A stretch of DNA of 64,000 nucleotides from Eledone cirrhosa (Eukaryota): positions 1 through 64,000 of the forward strand of contig CAXHJY010000704.1 in assembly GCA_964016885.1 (NCBI GenBank), read 5' to 3'. Numbering within the stretch: the first letter of the stretch is position 1; each line of letters begins with the position of its first letter. This document shows, in pieces, positions 1 to 13,200 of this stretch. The notes below the pieces were generated by a model. That model had not been told where the DNA came from, ran no database searches, and saw only the letters and a list, made by a program, of their open reading frames with translations. The translations under genes were made by a program, and so were the position numbers.

Positions 1-571
1 AATTAGCCTCAGCGAGATTTGAACTCAGAACATATAGGGCTGTAACTAAACACCACAAAGCATTTTGTCTAATGTTCTAATGATTCTGCCAATCCACCAC
101 CCTCAACATAACAATAATAATCTTTTCTTTTCTTTTACTGCCACCAGAACAATAGATGAGGTACTATGGGGACACATTTACAGAGAAATCAGATGAATGA
201 AAGAAAGAAAAAAAATGATGACATAGAAAGTATAGAAATGTTGAGGAGGGTTATGAGAATAAAGAACTATCACCTACATTCAATCAAGGAAACCATACAG
301 ATCCAGTATTACCATGACTACCAAAAATCAATGCCCCCTTCCATCTGTCATCCCCAAGCCTATAGACTCCCACCATTTATTAAACCTTTCATTATCATAT
401 TTCTATTAAAATACTCTAATGTGTTTAATTTAATTTCAGAAATAATGAAACATTTAGAGGAATTGAATAAAATAACTAAGTTTTTCATTAGTAATCTGAT
501 ATTTAGAACATTATTAAAAAATATTTTCTAAAATATAATTATGATGAAAGGTTTTTAAAAAGTCTAGTCAC

Positions 572-745
572 TCTAGTCTAAAATCTATCTCAAGCCAGGA
601 GGCTCATCAGGCCAGTGCTTATCCTGGTTCATGGAATGAAGAGAACGAGAGTACAAGACTCCCCCTGGACAGAACACTAGTCCATCACAGGGTTAAACCT
701 CGAGATATTGCCGGTACTCATTTTCAGCTGAGTATATTGAAGCAA
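572..745 (-). mobile_element. tRNA-derived SINE fragment (CORE-type body, GATGGACTAG..GTCCAGGGGGAGT 3' domain)
   Basis: Same sequence recurs at 3755-4075 and 4425-4680; minus strand reads ..CAATATACTCAGCTGAAAAATGAGTACC..GATGGACTAGTGTTCTGTCCAGGGGGAGT. Confidence 0.65.
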
Positions 746-1489
746 AATAGTTAATAAACAGGAACATGTGAACTTCTTGGCTAATTCTTGGATTTATTCA
801 TCAGACAGAGTCACTGTCATTCTACATTATTTTTGCCAATATAATTGCTTTTGTGTGTATTCAGTTAAGTCTAGTTCTTTTACTCAAATTAGTAACAGAA
901 TCAAAACTATTGCTTTAAAAAAAAATTTCCTTTAAATTTTTATTGTTCTTGTTTGTGCAAAAAGTTATCTTAGTTGTTGTTGTTCTTGTTATTACAAATG
1001 CTATCATCCACATTTTGTTGTCCGACCTTTGCCAATACTGCCAATCCACCGCCCTCAAATTTAAAAACAATGATAAAGATGGTTTCTAATTTAGGCAAAA
1101 GGCCAGTATTTGTGAGAGAGAGAGTAACATTGATTAAATCAGCCCCAGTACTTGACTGGTACTTCAGTTTATTGACTCTATAAGGATGAATGAAATACAC
1201 AGTTAGCCTCAGCATGATTTTAATTCAGAATACAAAGAACATTTTGTCTGATTCCTTGACAATAATTTATCAGCAATATAACTGGGATCACATGAAGCTC
1301 ATAGAAGAGATTGCTACAACACAAATAACATTGTCACTACTAAATAGGTAATGAAGGGGCTTCTGTAAGATTTACTGAACTGCTAGAAATACCAGACAAA
1401 TTTTTCATAAATTATATTCTAGCATCTTAAAACTGGAAGTATACATTCAATAATGTAGGTTGCCATGAGAAGGCGCACCAGTCCACACT

Positions 1490-1780
1490 GTAAAAGGTTG
1501 TGTTGGCGACATGATAAAAAGTGCTCATCCCACATTGTAAAGTGGTCGTATAGGTGTCATGACAAAAAACACCCAGTCCACACTGTAAAGTGGTCATGTA
1601 GGTGTCACGACAAAAGGCACCCAGTACACACTGTAAATGTGGTGGGTGTTAGGAAGTGGATCCAGCTGTAGAAACCAAGCCAAGATCAATTCTGTATGAG
1701 CAAAACATGGTCATCCGAAACAGGACAACTTGTCTAAGCCATAGAATGGAAAATGGAATTTAAACAGTGATGATGATGGA
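1490..1780 (+). mobile_element. RTE LINE 3' UTR fragment with about three 48-bp units and (GAT)n tail
   Basis: Matches the 3' UTR of the intact copy at 21680-21985 (CACACTGTAAA units, GTTAGGAAG..ATCCAGCTGTAGAAA, GATGATGAT end). Confidence 0.8.
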
Positions 1781-1984
1781 TATATGATGACTATAGAAAA
1801 TAGCCTAATTGATCAAGACTGACCTGCACTAAACAAGTACATGATAATAACTAAATATAGGTAGATTTATCTAAAATATATTATTGCAGAGATGTTCCTA
1901 AATTTTGTGAAGCTATTTCAAATCTTATTAAGGCGGATGCAGCTTTTCAATCCAAACATGATTAATATTGAGGCAAGCCAGAGC

Positions 1985-2200
1985 ACAATGGCCAGTGTGT
2001 GTCACAGGCCAGTGTCTGCAGAAATGCCTTTGCAGTTTTACCCATGGAGCGTAGCTGAAACACCACCCCAACCTAGAGTCTATCACCCTCTCCCTTACTC
2101 CTCTCTTTCTTCCATTGCCTAATAATCCTTATTCTTTCCCTCCTTTTCTTCTCATTTATGGCATTTATAGTCCTTTCTTTTACTTTCCTATACAGCCATA
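1985..2200 (+). mobile_element. 3' end relic of a CRE-like RLE retrotransposon
   Basis: Similar to 41370-41580 (..GCAGAAATGC..AGCTGAAAC..CTCATTTATGGCATTTATA..). Confidence 0.45.
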
Positions 2201-2367
2201 TCTGCCCTTCTTTATCTCTGACCCCATTTTTTTCATTATTTATATAATTAATTATGAAAAGTTGGTTGAGTCTGAATCAAGCTTGTATGAGCAGACCAAT
2301 GATCAAATGTGTACCATCTCATCTTTTATTTTAGCAGTGCAACATATCAGTCTTTCTACTTTTAAAA

Positions 2368-2850
2368 CATCATCATCATTGTTTTTACGTCTGATTTTCC
2401 ATGCTTGCATGGGTTGGAGGGATCCTTCTCAGCATAGCATCTCTCCATTCGTCGCGTTCCTTCGTCATCTACTCTGTGAGTCTCAGTGATTGAGGTCATC
2501 TCTCACTACCTCTGCCCAAGTCTTTCTTAGTCTACTGCTACTGCAGCATTCTTCTGCTGGGATTTCCTGGCACTTCTTCCCCCAGTGATAATCAACCATG
2601 TGCCTCACATGCCCATACAAATGCAGTCTTCTCTCTTGCACACCATCTCCGATTCCTCTTAAACCCAGCTTCTCTCTCAACTCACATTTACACTGCACAT
2701 GATTGCTTCATTTCTCTCCAGTCTATGCATGTCCTCTGCAGCTGCAGCCGCATCCCATGTTTGAACATCCAACGAAACATGGTTCCTTCATTTCTCTCCA
2801 GTATACACATATCCTCTGCAGTCACAGCCCATGTATCATTACCATACACA
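2368..2850 (-). mobile_element. Degenerate RTE LINE 3' fragment (older subfamily C)
   Basis: ORF 2483..2698 LREKLGLRGIGDGVQERRLHLYGHV..RKTWAEVVRDDL; (CAT)n tail at 2368. Confidence 0.85.
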
Positions 2851-3754
2851 ATCGCTCTCTGTACACAGTAGGGTATAATTTAAAGGAGATTTGGGTGTTA
2901 TTTCTAGCAGTTCATGCAACTGTGTAGGGGGTCTTTTGTAGTCTCATCAATACAATGGTTGTAGTTATTTGAACTGATAAACATGTGACCCAGTAATTCA
3001 GCACCTTAAATCCATAAACTTTAGGCTTTGTATTTACATGGATACATCTTTAATTATAACTATTTGTAATTATATTTAAATTATTTCTGTAATAGGTTTC
3101 ATTGTTTCTTTTGCTCTTAGAATAAACTAATTTGGCATATGGAAAGATTAGCCAAAGCTTCTCTCTATGGTGATAAGAATAAACCCAACCACACAAACCA
3201 TTAACAATAGAAGACAATCAAGGAAACCAAAATAAACTTGGTCCAATACCAAATGGGAATAACAACAACAAAAAACATTATAATAATAATAATAATAACA
3301 ACAACAACCCGCCCTAATAATAATAAACATATAAATAAATAAAAGCAACAACTCAAAACCAAAGAGAAAATTGACAATGGTATTAAAGGACATAGCGAGG
3401 ATCATAGTGCTTTATACCTTCTAAAGAACTAGAAATATACCTTGGAAATGTAACAACACAACCAACACCATAACTACATACAAACATTTTTTTTTTTTCG
3501 TTGCTTGGTGATGAAATCACAAAAACCATTGAAGAATAAAGACTTATGGAAAACAAAAATATAGAGAAAATGGAGATGTTCAGAAAAGAAATGAAATAAA
3601 TATAACTGGAATGAATATTGTAATATGAATTTACTTTGAGAAAGTTTTGCATAACTATTATCATCCTTTTACTGCACAACTGAGTGTGGTTCTGTGTACC
3701 TTTAGTATGAGCAGGGTTGGGCTTTGTTTTTGTAATTTTTCTACTGTATTGATA

Positions 3755-4075
3755 GTCTAACTAAAAAGTCTGTCTCAAGCCAGAAGGTTTGTCAGGCTGG
3801 TGCTTATCTCTGTTTCATGGTGTGAAGTGACTGAGAGTCAAGACTCCCTATTGAACAGAACACCAGTCTATCACAAGATTAAGTACTATTACTGGTACTC
3901 ATGTTCAGATAAGTATACGGGAATGACATGAAATGAAGTGTTTTCCTCAAGAACTCAACACACAGCCCAGGAATCAAACACACGATATTATGATCCACTA
4001 AGCAACGCACCTCTATGTATTGACAGTACTCTGTATTTTGTTCAAGAGCACAACACACAATCCAGTGTTAAGTGT
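3755..4075 (-). mobile_element. tRNA-derived CORE-type SINE, same family as 572-745
   Basis: Shared 3' domain and GAAATGAAGTG..TCAAGA core with 572-745 and 4425-4680. Confidence 0.6.
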
Positions 4076-4109
4076 TATTTTCTCTATACATGTAAGTTAT
4101 GTCGGTTTG

Positions 4110-4420
4110 ATTATGCATTGTTTTTAATCTCAGCATTCTGGTTATCTCTATTTCGAGATCTTTATATTTGGATAATTTCTCCATTTCTTTTGGGATTGAT
4201 ATTTTGATCAAGAAACATCTTTCCTGGTGGTCCTTGACAACAATATCAAGCCAATTACTCTTTATTTCCTTGTCGTCTGTGAGTATTGGCTTATCCCAAA
4301 ATAGGGTCATTTTGTCATTCTGTGCCACATTTATCTGGTGTAGGTTTATATCACCTCTTCTATGTTGGTATTCCGTAATTGTGGCATAATGCCAGGATAT
4401 GAGGACTCCAGCTATCATGT
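4110..4420 (-). mobile_element. R4/Dong-clade non-LTR retrotransposon, restriction-like endonuclease fragment
   Basis: LFWDKPILTD-KEIKSNWLDIVVKD..CFLIKISIP..KEMEKLSKYKDLEIEITRM fits the R4/Dong RLE pattern (WD..I.TD..I..NRPDIVV..K..KY.DL..EI.RMW). Confidence 0.8.
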
Positions 4421-4424
4421 CGAA

Positions 4425-4680
4425 GTCGAAATCTAAAGCCAGGAGGCTCGTCAGGCCAGTGCGTATCCCGGTTCTGTGGCATTAAGCAACTGAAAGTTCA
4501 AAACTTCCCCCTGGACAGGACACCCCCGGCTATTGCTGGTACTCACCAGCTGAGTATACTGGAGCAATGTGAAATGAAGTATTTTGTTCAAGAGCACAAC
4601 ACACAATCCAGCCCAGAAATCAAACTTACGATATTATGATTGTAAGTCCAACACCCTAACCCTTAAGCCACACACTCTGT
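4425..4680 (-). mobile_element. tRNA-derived CORE-type SINE, near full length
   Basis: Minus strand starts GTGTGTGGCTTAAGGGTTAGGGTGTTGGAC (A box region), then TGTGTTGTGCTCTTGAACAAAATACTTCATTTCAC core. Confidence 0.7.
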
Positions 4681-5155
4681 CGTGCTTGTGTATATATTCT
4701 TTCTTGGTTAAGAATGTGAGTTGGAGACAATGTAATTGTTTATTTTTTCTTAATATCCACATATTCTGTAGTGACTTATAGTATAGTTTCCTCATATGAT
4801 TTCGTAGCTTCTATTTAAAAGGTTTTTATCTTATGTCATAAACATTCTTTCAACCGTCAGCCAGTGCAGAGAAGTTGTTTTTATTCACTTCTAATTTGTT
4901 TAGTTTCCTTGGATATTGACCATATAAGGGATTTTATCAGTAACATTTTGAAATGTGTGTATCCCAAATCAAATAACCACACTAATAACAGTTGAAAAAA
5001 TCCAGTAAAGTATTCCTGGGGATGGTACTTTATCTGATTTTCTCAACTTTTATTTATACGTAAATAAGACCATTATTGTTCCAACCAGTCTATTCACTAT
5101 CAATAACTACCCTAAATATAAATACACATACATACACTATAAACGTATATATATA

Positions 5156-5461
5156 TGGCTTAGTGGTTAGAGCATTGGAATTGCAATTGAAAGGTTGTGA
5201 GTTTGATTCTCGGACCAGATGATGCTTTATTTCACGTTGCTCCAGTTTACACAGCTGTAGAAATGAGTTGCAACGTCACTGGTGTCAAGCTGTATCGACA
5301 ATAGATTTTTTCTTGGACATCATCGGTGGCATGGAGAGGGGAGGCTGGTATGCATGGGTGACAGCTAGTCTTCCACAGACGCAACTTGCTCACACTTGTG
5401 CCTCTGAGGGAAATTTTCTAGGTGCAAATCACATGGTCATTTGTGACCGAAGAGAGTCTTT
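5156..5461 (+). mobile_element. tRNA-derived CORE-type SINE (second tail type)
   Basis: A box TGGCTTAGTGG, degenerate B box GAGTTTGATTC; full-length homologue at 37308-37632, tail fragment at 45478-45600; lies between TA runs. Confidence 0.8.
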
Positions 5462-5470
5462 GATATATAT

Positions 5471-5660
5471 ATAGGAACTAGTAGGACCCCGACGGCTGAG
5501 CTCAAGCCGTTTCAACGGCTAATTCTGGAATTAGCCGTCGAAACGGCTTGAGCTCAGCCGTCGGGGTCCTACTTGTTCCTATTACCCACTCTACTACCCT
5601 ATGTATTGAGTACTTTGGTGCGTTATGGTCCACCTGGTTCCTTACCACATTTCCTTCGTT
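5471..5660 (+). mobile_element. Penelope-like pLTR remnant: 112-bp palindrome containing the 3' half of a hammerhead ribozyme
   Basis: 5471-5525 is the reverse complement of 5528-5582 (2 mismatches); right arm GAAA-CGGCT-tgagctc-AGCCG-TC; tail 5587-5640 resembles the reverse complement of 57142-57200. Confidence 0.7.
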
Positions 5661-5681
5661 ATATATATATATATATATATA

Positions 5682-5852
5682 TCATCATCATCATCATCAT
5701 CATCATCATCGTTTAACGTCCATGTTCCACGCTTGCATGGGTTTGGATGGGAGTTTTCCCACTTGAGGCAAGATTGGTTGTCTTGCTCGCATAGGACTGT
5801 CTGGCGGGTTTTCTACAGCTGGATGCCCTTCCTAACACCAACCACATTTACA

Positions 5853-5853
<1 letters not shown>
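5682..5853 (-). mobile_element. RTE subfamily B 3' tail inserted in (TA)n
   Basis: Matches the 3' end of 9432-12662; TA runs on both sides. Confidence 0.85.
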
Positions 5854-5887
<34 letters not shown>

Positions 5888-6436
5888 AACAAGCAGGTAG
5901 GACCAGTGATTGACTATTATTATTACAGTCACCTTGGCAGGATTTGAAATCTTTTATGGCCCGTTACGTTCTGAGTTTGAATCCCACCAAGGTTAACTTT
6001 GCCTTTCATCCTTACAGGGGTCAATAAAATAAAGTACCAGTAATGCACTGGGTAATTGCTGACCTTGTGTCAAAAGTAGAAACAGTTATTTACAGTCACC
6101 TGAGTTGGAATGCACAGATTTTTTCAATATTTCCTAAGTAAAATGCTTTGTTTAAATTCTAACTACAGGTCATCTAAATGTAGGGAATTAGTAGCCCACA
6201 GTTCATTATCATAGTAACATATGCTCTTGTGTGGCATCCAAAAGATGCAGGGTTTGATTCCTTACATAGGCTGCTGTCCACATTTTTCCATCTCCAGTCG
6301 TATGTTACCCGATTTATCCAACTATTATTTATAATGTTCGACTATTATTATTATGGTCATTTGCACTGGGATGCACACATTTCAAATTTTCTCAATGCTT
6401 CTTCCATTGTATATACACACACACACACACACATAT

Positions 6437-8352
6437 TCTGGCTTGGTTTCTATAGCTGGATGCTTTTCCTAATGTCAACCTCATTCACAGTGGGTGCTTT
6501 TTGTCATGACACATACACGATCACATTAGAGTGTGGGCCGGAAACTTTTGTCATGACATCTACATAACCAATTTACAGTGAGGGCTGGGTGCTTTTTTGT
6601 CATGTCACCTCCACAAAAACTTTCAGTGTGGGCTGCACTTTTTTTGTCATGTTGCCATCATGACCACTTTACAGAGTGGGCTGGGAACTTTGATGGGAGA
6701 GGTGTGAGGACTGAGAAGGTGGGTATATGGACATGTGTGAGGAGCAGTGTTAGGATGGGAGAGGTAAATGGAAGGGGTGGTGAAAGTGGAGTTGGTGTAT
6801 ACTAGATATATACTTCAGCCTGTGCTTATAGAAGGTGTGTGGAATGGGGTGGTGGAAGTGAATGTAGTGCATACTATATGTATGCTTCAGCCTGTGAACA
6901 AGGTAAGGCAGGTCTTTTGTATTACTGTATAATGCCACAGATCCCAGTCCTATGACAACACCTTTAAGAGGTGCAATTGTGCAAGGTCAGCTTTTATCAC
7001 CTCATCCCAAGTTTTCCTACTCCATAGCTCAGCACCTTTTTTATACAGCTGTCATCCTTCATAAACATCATATGTCCATACCAATGCAATCTCCTCTCCT
7101 GCACACTGCATCTGATTCCTCTTATGCCTAGTTTCTCTCTCAGTTCATTTATACTTTGCCATTCACATATATTAATATTTCACATCCATCGAAGCATGCA
7201 AGCTTCATTTTTTCCAATCTTTGCAAGTCCACTGCACACAGTGGCCAGGCCTTTCTACCATGCAACATTGCTGTTTGTATACACACATCATACAATCTGC
7301 CTTTCATTTTGAGGGGTAGTAGCTCCCTGAACTTCTTCCATCCTGTTCTCACTTTGGTTACTATACTTTCGGAACACCCACCTCTGTTGCTAATTTGGTC
7401 ACACAAGTAGCAGAAGTTGTCAACTGCTTCTACCAAACCTTCCCAGAATTTGATAGCACTTGTTTCCTATGGTCATTTGCTGTTTACTGCTCTTGTGCAA
7501 AAGCTACATGTAAAAACCTACATTTTTAGCTAAACTACCTGAGCTCCCTCTACATTTCTTGTGTACCCATAGTTTGCATTTGGGACAGAGGATGGAATTT
7601 CTACCTACACCTTTCCTACACACTGAGTAAGGCCATTTCCCTGAGGGGATCATAGCTCTGTTTTCCATTCTACTTACAAGAACCTTAGTCTTTGTCAGGT
7701 TGACTTTAAGACCCTTTGTTTGTAGGCCATGCTTCCAGGTTTGGAATTTCTTCTCTAATTCCGCCATAGACTCAGCTATAAGTCTAAGAACATCCTTGTA
7801 CAGGAGTTCCCATGAGCAGCCAGTCTTAAACACCTCTGTTATAGCTTGCAGAATGATAATAAACAGAAGCGGGCTAAGACCAGAGCTCTAGTGGATGCCA
7901 ACCTGCATGCTCAATTCCTCGCTATAATCATTGTTAACCATAACTTTGCTGACTGCTCCTCTATACATGGTTTGTACAACTTTCACAAGCCAGTCATCTA
8001 TTCCAAGTTTTCTAAGAGCCCATCAGATTATGGTACAGGGGACTCTGTCAAAGGCTTTCTCCAGATCAACAAATGCCAGATAGAGCAGCTTACGTTTGTT
8101 TAGCTTGGTGCTTTTCCTGTAGCTGCTTCACAAGGAAGAGAACATCTGTGGTGCTTTTGCTTGGCACAAATCTGAATTGCATCTCATCTAGATTAACCCA
8201 GTCAACTGTGCTATAACTCTTTCATGACCTGGTCCATCAACTTGATGCCTCTATAGTTTCCTCTATCTAGTGCATCCCCTTTACCATTGTGGTAGTTGAC
8301 AATGATGGTGCTGCGCCAATCATTTGGTATGACACCATTTAACATTACTTGG
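6437..8352 (-). mobile_element. Degenerate 5'-truncated RTE LINE with 48-bp 3' UTR array
   Basis: ORFs 7504..7833 and 7149..7436 match the RT, PHD-like and C-terminal regions of the intact ORF, with stops and frameshifts; 48-bp units at about 6480-6680. Confidence 0.9.
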
Positions 8353-9431
8353 TGCTCTATACGCACACACACACACACACACACATATATATTGTATGTG
8401 TGTGAGGTGTGTGTGTTTATACATAATTATATATTTAGATCCATACCATAGTTCCATTTATGTATTTGTGTGGTTATTTGACAGTAGTGATATTTGATGG
8501 ATATGAAGCAAAATTAGAAATAAAATAGACTCTGCACACATTGCAACAAATGTGCATTGAGCACTTCAATATTTATGTACAACACACATTTCCTACACAG
8601 ACACATACATGCTGACACATACAAACACACACACACACACATACACTATATGCTGCAATGTCAAGCAATCATTGTGACCACACAATGGGAGAAAGCATAT
8701 AAGATGATTACAGAGAGAATTGACTTAATAAGTAGGTGAGGACATTGTAATACCGTAGAAAAAAGATAACAAGAACACAAGGTCTATTGTTGTGTTAATA
8801 ATCTAAGAAGTATTGATTGAACAGTAGGGATTTTCTGTCAAATTAACGACTGTTCTTAAATTATAGGATGTTCTTCTAATACATACTCTGGAGTTACTTA
8901 GATATCTTGCTTCTTGTTAGTTTTTTTCTTTACCTGACATTACAATCTAATTAATAAGGTGTTGTTGCAACAGATGTATAAGATCTTGAGCTAGTTGATT
9001 TCTGTGTATTATCAGTAACTCGGTAAGTCTGGAGAAGTGGAAGAGAAGGAGGAGGAACAGTGTCTGTTCTTTATACTCATACTGATTTCAGACTTTCGGC
9101 TGTGGCCATGCTGGGGCACTGCCTTCAAGAGTTTAGTCAATTATATCAACCACTGTATTTAACTGGTACTTATTGTTCGATCTCAGAAGGAAGAATGGCA
9201 AATTCAACCTGAGTGGGATTTGAATTCAATATATAAAGGGATGTAACCAAATATCACGTGATATTCTCTTAGACCTTTTACCCAATCTCTCCACCCCATG
9301 GTTTAGTACTTTCCTGTCAATTTCCATAGCAACATCAATGGATTTTTAAAATTCACTGACACTCGACTCACATGATATATGTCTGTTATGGATCTAATAA
9401 ATTCAATTTAATCTATACAACTAATCCATGT

Positions 9432-12400
9432 CATCATGATCATCAACGTTTAACGTCCGTGTTCCACGCTTGCATGGGTTTGGACGGGGGTAGTCCCACT
9501 TGAGGCAAGAGTGATTGTCTTGCTCGCATAGGACTGTCTGGCAGGTTTTCTACAGTTGGAAGCCCTTCCTAACACCAACCACATTTACAGTGTGGGGCTG
9601 GGAGGTTTTTACCGTGTTGCCTACACGGCCACATTACAGCGTGGACTGTGTGTTTTTTTGTCGTGACACCTACACGATCTCATTTGTTTCGGCCTGGATG
9701 GTGTGGCACCAACATAACTTTACATAGAACGGGGTGGTGTGGATGGGGTGGGGGTGGTGGGATGGGGTGTATTTTGTTAGAGATGCCTACTGACTGTAGT
9801 AGGTTTTACTATGTATTTAGGTAAGGCGGGTCTTCTCTATTACTGAGTACCGCCAAAGGTCTCGGTCCAGTGACATTGTCTTGGAGAGGTGTAAGTGTGT
9901 GAGGTCGGAGTTTATCAGCGCGTCCCAGGTTTTTCTAGGTCTGCCTATTCCGTGGCTACCGTCTATCTTTATTGCCCTGCATTTTGTTATACAGCTATCG
10001 ACTTTCATGCGCATCATGTGTCCATACCAACGTAGCCTTCTCTCGAGTAAACAACATCTGATCCCTCTTATTTCTAATTTTTTCCTTAGTTCGTTTATGC
10101 TTTGCCGTTCACGTATATTACTATTACACATCCAGCGGAGCATGCAAGCTTCGTTCCTCTCTAGTCTGCGTATATCCTCGGCACACAATGCCCAGGTCTC
10201 ACTGCCATGCAACATTGCTGTTCGTATGCAGGCATCATACAACCTGCCTTTCATTTTTAGGGAGAACCCTTTAGCAGCTAATATTGGTATAAGCTCTCTG
10301 AACTTTTTCCATCCAGTTCTGACTCTAGCTACCGTACTTTCAGAGCACCCTCCCCACTGCTGATTTTGTCACCCAGGTAACGGAAGCTGTCCACTATTTC
10401 TATAGAGCCCTCTGCGCAGTTGTAAGAGCTAGTATTTTGTGGGCACTTGCTGCTACTTATTGCACCAGAGCACCGGCCACATGTAAAATCTATGTTCTTA
10501 GTTAGCTTACCTGTGATCCCACTACATCTTTTATGCACCCATACTTTGCATTTGGGACATAAAATGGAGTTTCTACCTACGCCTTTCCTACACACTGAGC
10601 ATGGCCATTTCCCGGAAGGGACAGCCGCCTTATTTTCTTTCCTACAAACTAGAACTTTAGTCTTAGCCATGTTAATTTTAAGGCCTTTTGATTCTAGGCC
10701 GTGCTTCCATGTTTGGAATTTCTTCTCTAGCTCGGCCATTGATTCAGCTATGAGTGTTAGGTCGTCTGCGTATAGGAGTTCCCATGGGCAGCCGGTCTTG
10801 AACTCCTCTGTTATAGCCTGAAGGGCAATAATAAATAGTAGGGGGCTGAGAACAGAGCCCTGATGGACGCCAACTTTTATGCTAAACTCTTCACTATATT
10901 CGTTGTTAATTCTAACCTTGCTGACTGTTTCTTTATACATGGCTTGTATAGCTCTCACAAGCCATTCGTCGACACCTAGTTTTCTAAGGGCCCACCAGAT
11001 AATGGAACGGGGGACTCTGTCGAAGGCTTTCTCCAAGTCGACAAAAGCTAAGTATAGGGGTTTACCTTTAGCTAGGTAGTTGTCGTACAATGAAAAGAGC
11101 ATCTGTGGTACTTTTGCCTGACACAAACCCGAACTGCATTTCATCTAGGTCAATTCTCTCTCTGATTAGTTGCGCTATTACTTTTTCCGTGACCTTCATG
11201 ACCTGGTCGATTAATTTAATGCCTCTATAGTTACTCCTATCTAGGGCATCTCCTTTACCCTTATAACAGTTAACGATGATGCTGCTATGCCAGTCCTTCG
11301 GAACAACCCCATTCTGTACGACTTGGTTAACTATCCAGGTGACCATGGTGTGTCCCACCGTGCCAGATGCCTTCAGCATCTCAGCAACTATTTCCGAAGG
11401 CCCAGCCGCCTTACCCGTCTTCATATCCTTGATTGCCTTACTTATTATACTACCCTCGACTAACACTGCTGGTCCCTCTATTGGGTCGATGTGGGGGAGA
11501 CTGTCTTTCTCCCATTTATTCTCCTCATTTAGTAGCCTGTCATAGCGACACTTCCAAGCTACCTTCTTATCAGCGTCGGTGATGGCAAGTACGCCGTCAT
11601 CATTAAGTACACACTTCTCCCCGACAATATCACGGTTTTCCTTGACACATTGCCTAGCAATCCTGAACACCTCACGTTTTTGCTCCTCGCGTTGTAGAAC
11701 ATGCTTGAACTTTCTTTCCTCTGCTTCCCTTCTTGCGAAGTACACTTGTCTCCTAGCTTCTCTCCTGGCCACTTGATAGTCTTCTCTACTTCCCCCATCC
11801 CGCCATACTCTCCAAGCCTGCTTTTTGGCCTTAATTGACCCCTCCACCTTACTGTTCCACCACCATGTTACTCTCCTCCTGCCTACAGGCCTGCTCCAGC
11901 CACAGACTTCGTCTGCCGCCATCAGCAGGTTTGCTTTCAGAAATTCCCACTGTCCCTCTATATTGTCCGACTCTAAATGCTCTTCCTTACTGTCAAAAGC
12001 ATCAAGTAATAAGCTTTGAAATTTATTTCTGGCTGTGGGGTCCTTTAGCTTCCATATTTTTCTCCTGAGGATAGTCCTCTTCTGCTGTCGAGTACGTCTC
12101 GTCCTGACTATGAGGTCGCTAATTATCAGTCTATGTTGGGAGGTGCATTCTTCATGGGGGAGGGATTTAGTGTTTACAACAGACACTCTGTCACGTCTTC
12201 TGGTAAGGATATAATCTACCTGGCTTGTGTGTTCCCCGGATCTATAGGTGATCAGGTGATTGTCACGTTTTTTGAAGTTAGTGTTACAGATAGTTAGGTT
12301 ATTTGCGTCACAGAATTCCAGGATTCTGGAGCCTTCGTCATTTCTAGTACCAAACCCATAGCCTCCATGGATTTCGTCGTAGCCGTCACAATGTTGTCCA

Positions 12401-12662
12401 ACGTGACCATTTAGGTCGCCTGCAATAATTATATAGTCACTGTCGGTTATTTGGGAGGTAGTGAGCATCAGTGTCTCATAGAATCTGTCTTTTATAGTGC
12501 CGGGCAGTCCGGATTGGGGTGCGTACGCAGATATTACTGTTACCGTAGTTCTATTGAGGACAAGTCTTATTTTAATTATTCTGTCGTTCACTCTATTTAC
12601 GTCTATTATCTTATCTGCCCACTTTTCTGCTACCATGATTCCTACTCCACCCAGCCCATCGT
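9432..12662 (-). mobile_element. RTE LINE subfamily B, 5'-truncated and frameshifted
   Basis: ORFs 11068..12705, 10329..11144 and 9817..10254 together give APE (GDLNGH, SQVDYI), RT (QGSVLSP, YADD) and the C-terminus; (CAT)n tail. Confidence 0.95.
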
Positions 12663-12857
12663 TGTGTATGTGTGTTAAATTAAGTGATTTTGTCTCTGGC
12701 TGCAAATTTGTCCTGGTGTGAAGGTAAAAAAAATGTTGAATTTGGTTAGGATTACGATAACTCTAGAAAAATCAGCACAATGCAAATTAGAAAAACGGAA
12801 GTGATCCCAATTTTTTGGCTCAGTGAGAGACAAAACATCCATTTATACTTATTTACA

Positions 12858-13200
12858 TTTTACAGTGTGGACTGGGCCCTTTTGTCATGTCACTTACATG
12901 ACCACTATATAGTGGTCATGGAGGTGTCACAACAAATGCGCCCACTCCACTCAGTAAAGTCTCAACAAAAATTGCCCAGTCCACACTGTAGAGTGGTCAT
13001 GTAGGCGTCACAACAGAAAGCACCCAACACACACTGCAGCAAATGTGGTTTGCATTAGGTAGGACATCCAGCTGTAGAAACCAAGCCAAAATCAGTTCTG
13101 TATGAATGAATCATGGTCCCTCAACCTGATCTCTCACAAAGGGACAGCCCGACCTACCCATGCTAGCATGGAAGATGGACGTTAAACGATAATGATGATA
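12858..13200 (+). mobile_element. RTE 3' UTR fragment with an inverted first unit
   Basis: 48-bp units plus terminal ..CCCATGCTAGCATGGAAGATGGACGTTAAACGAT; perfect 24-bp palindrome at 12897-12920. Confidence 0.75.
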
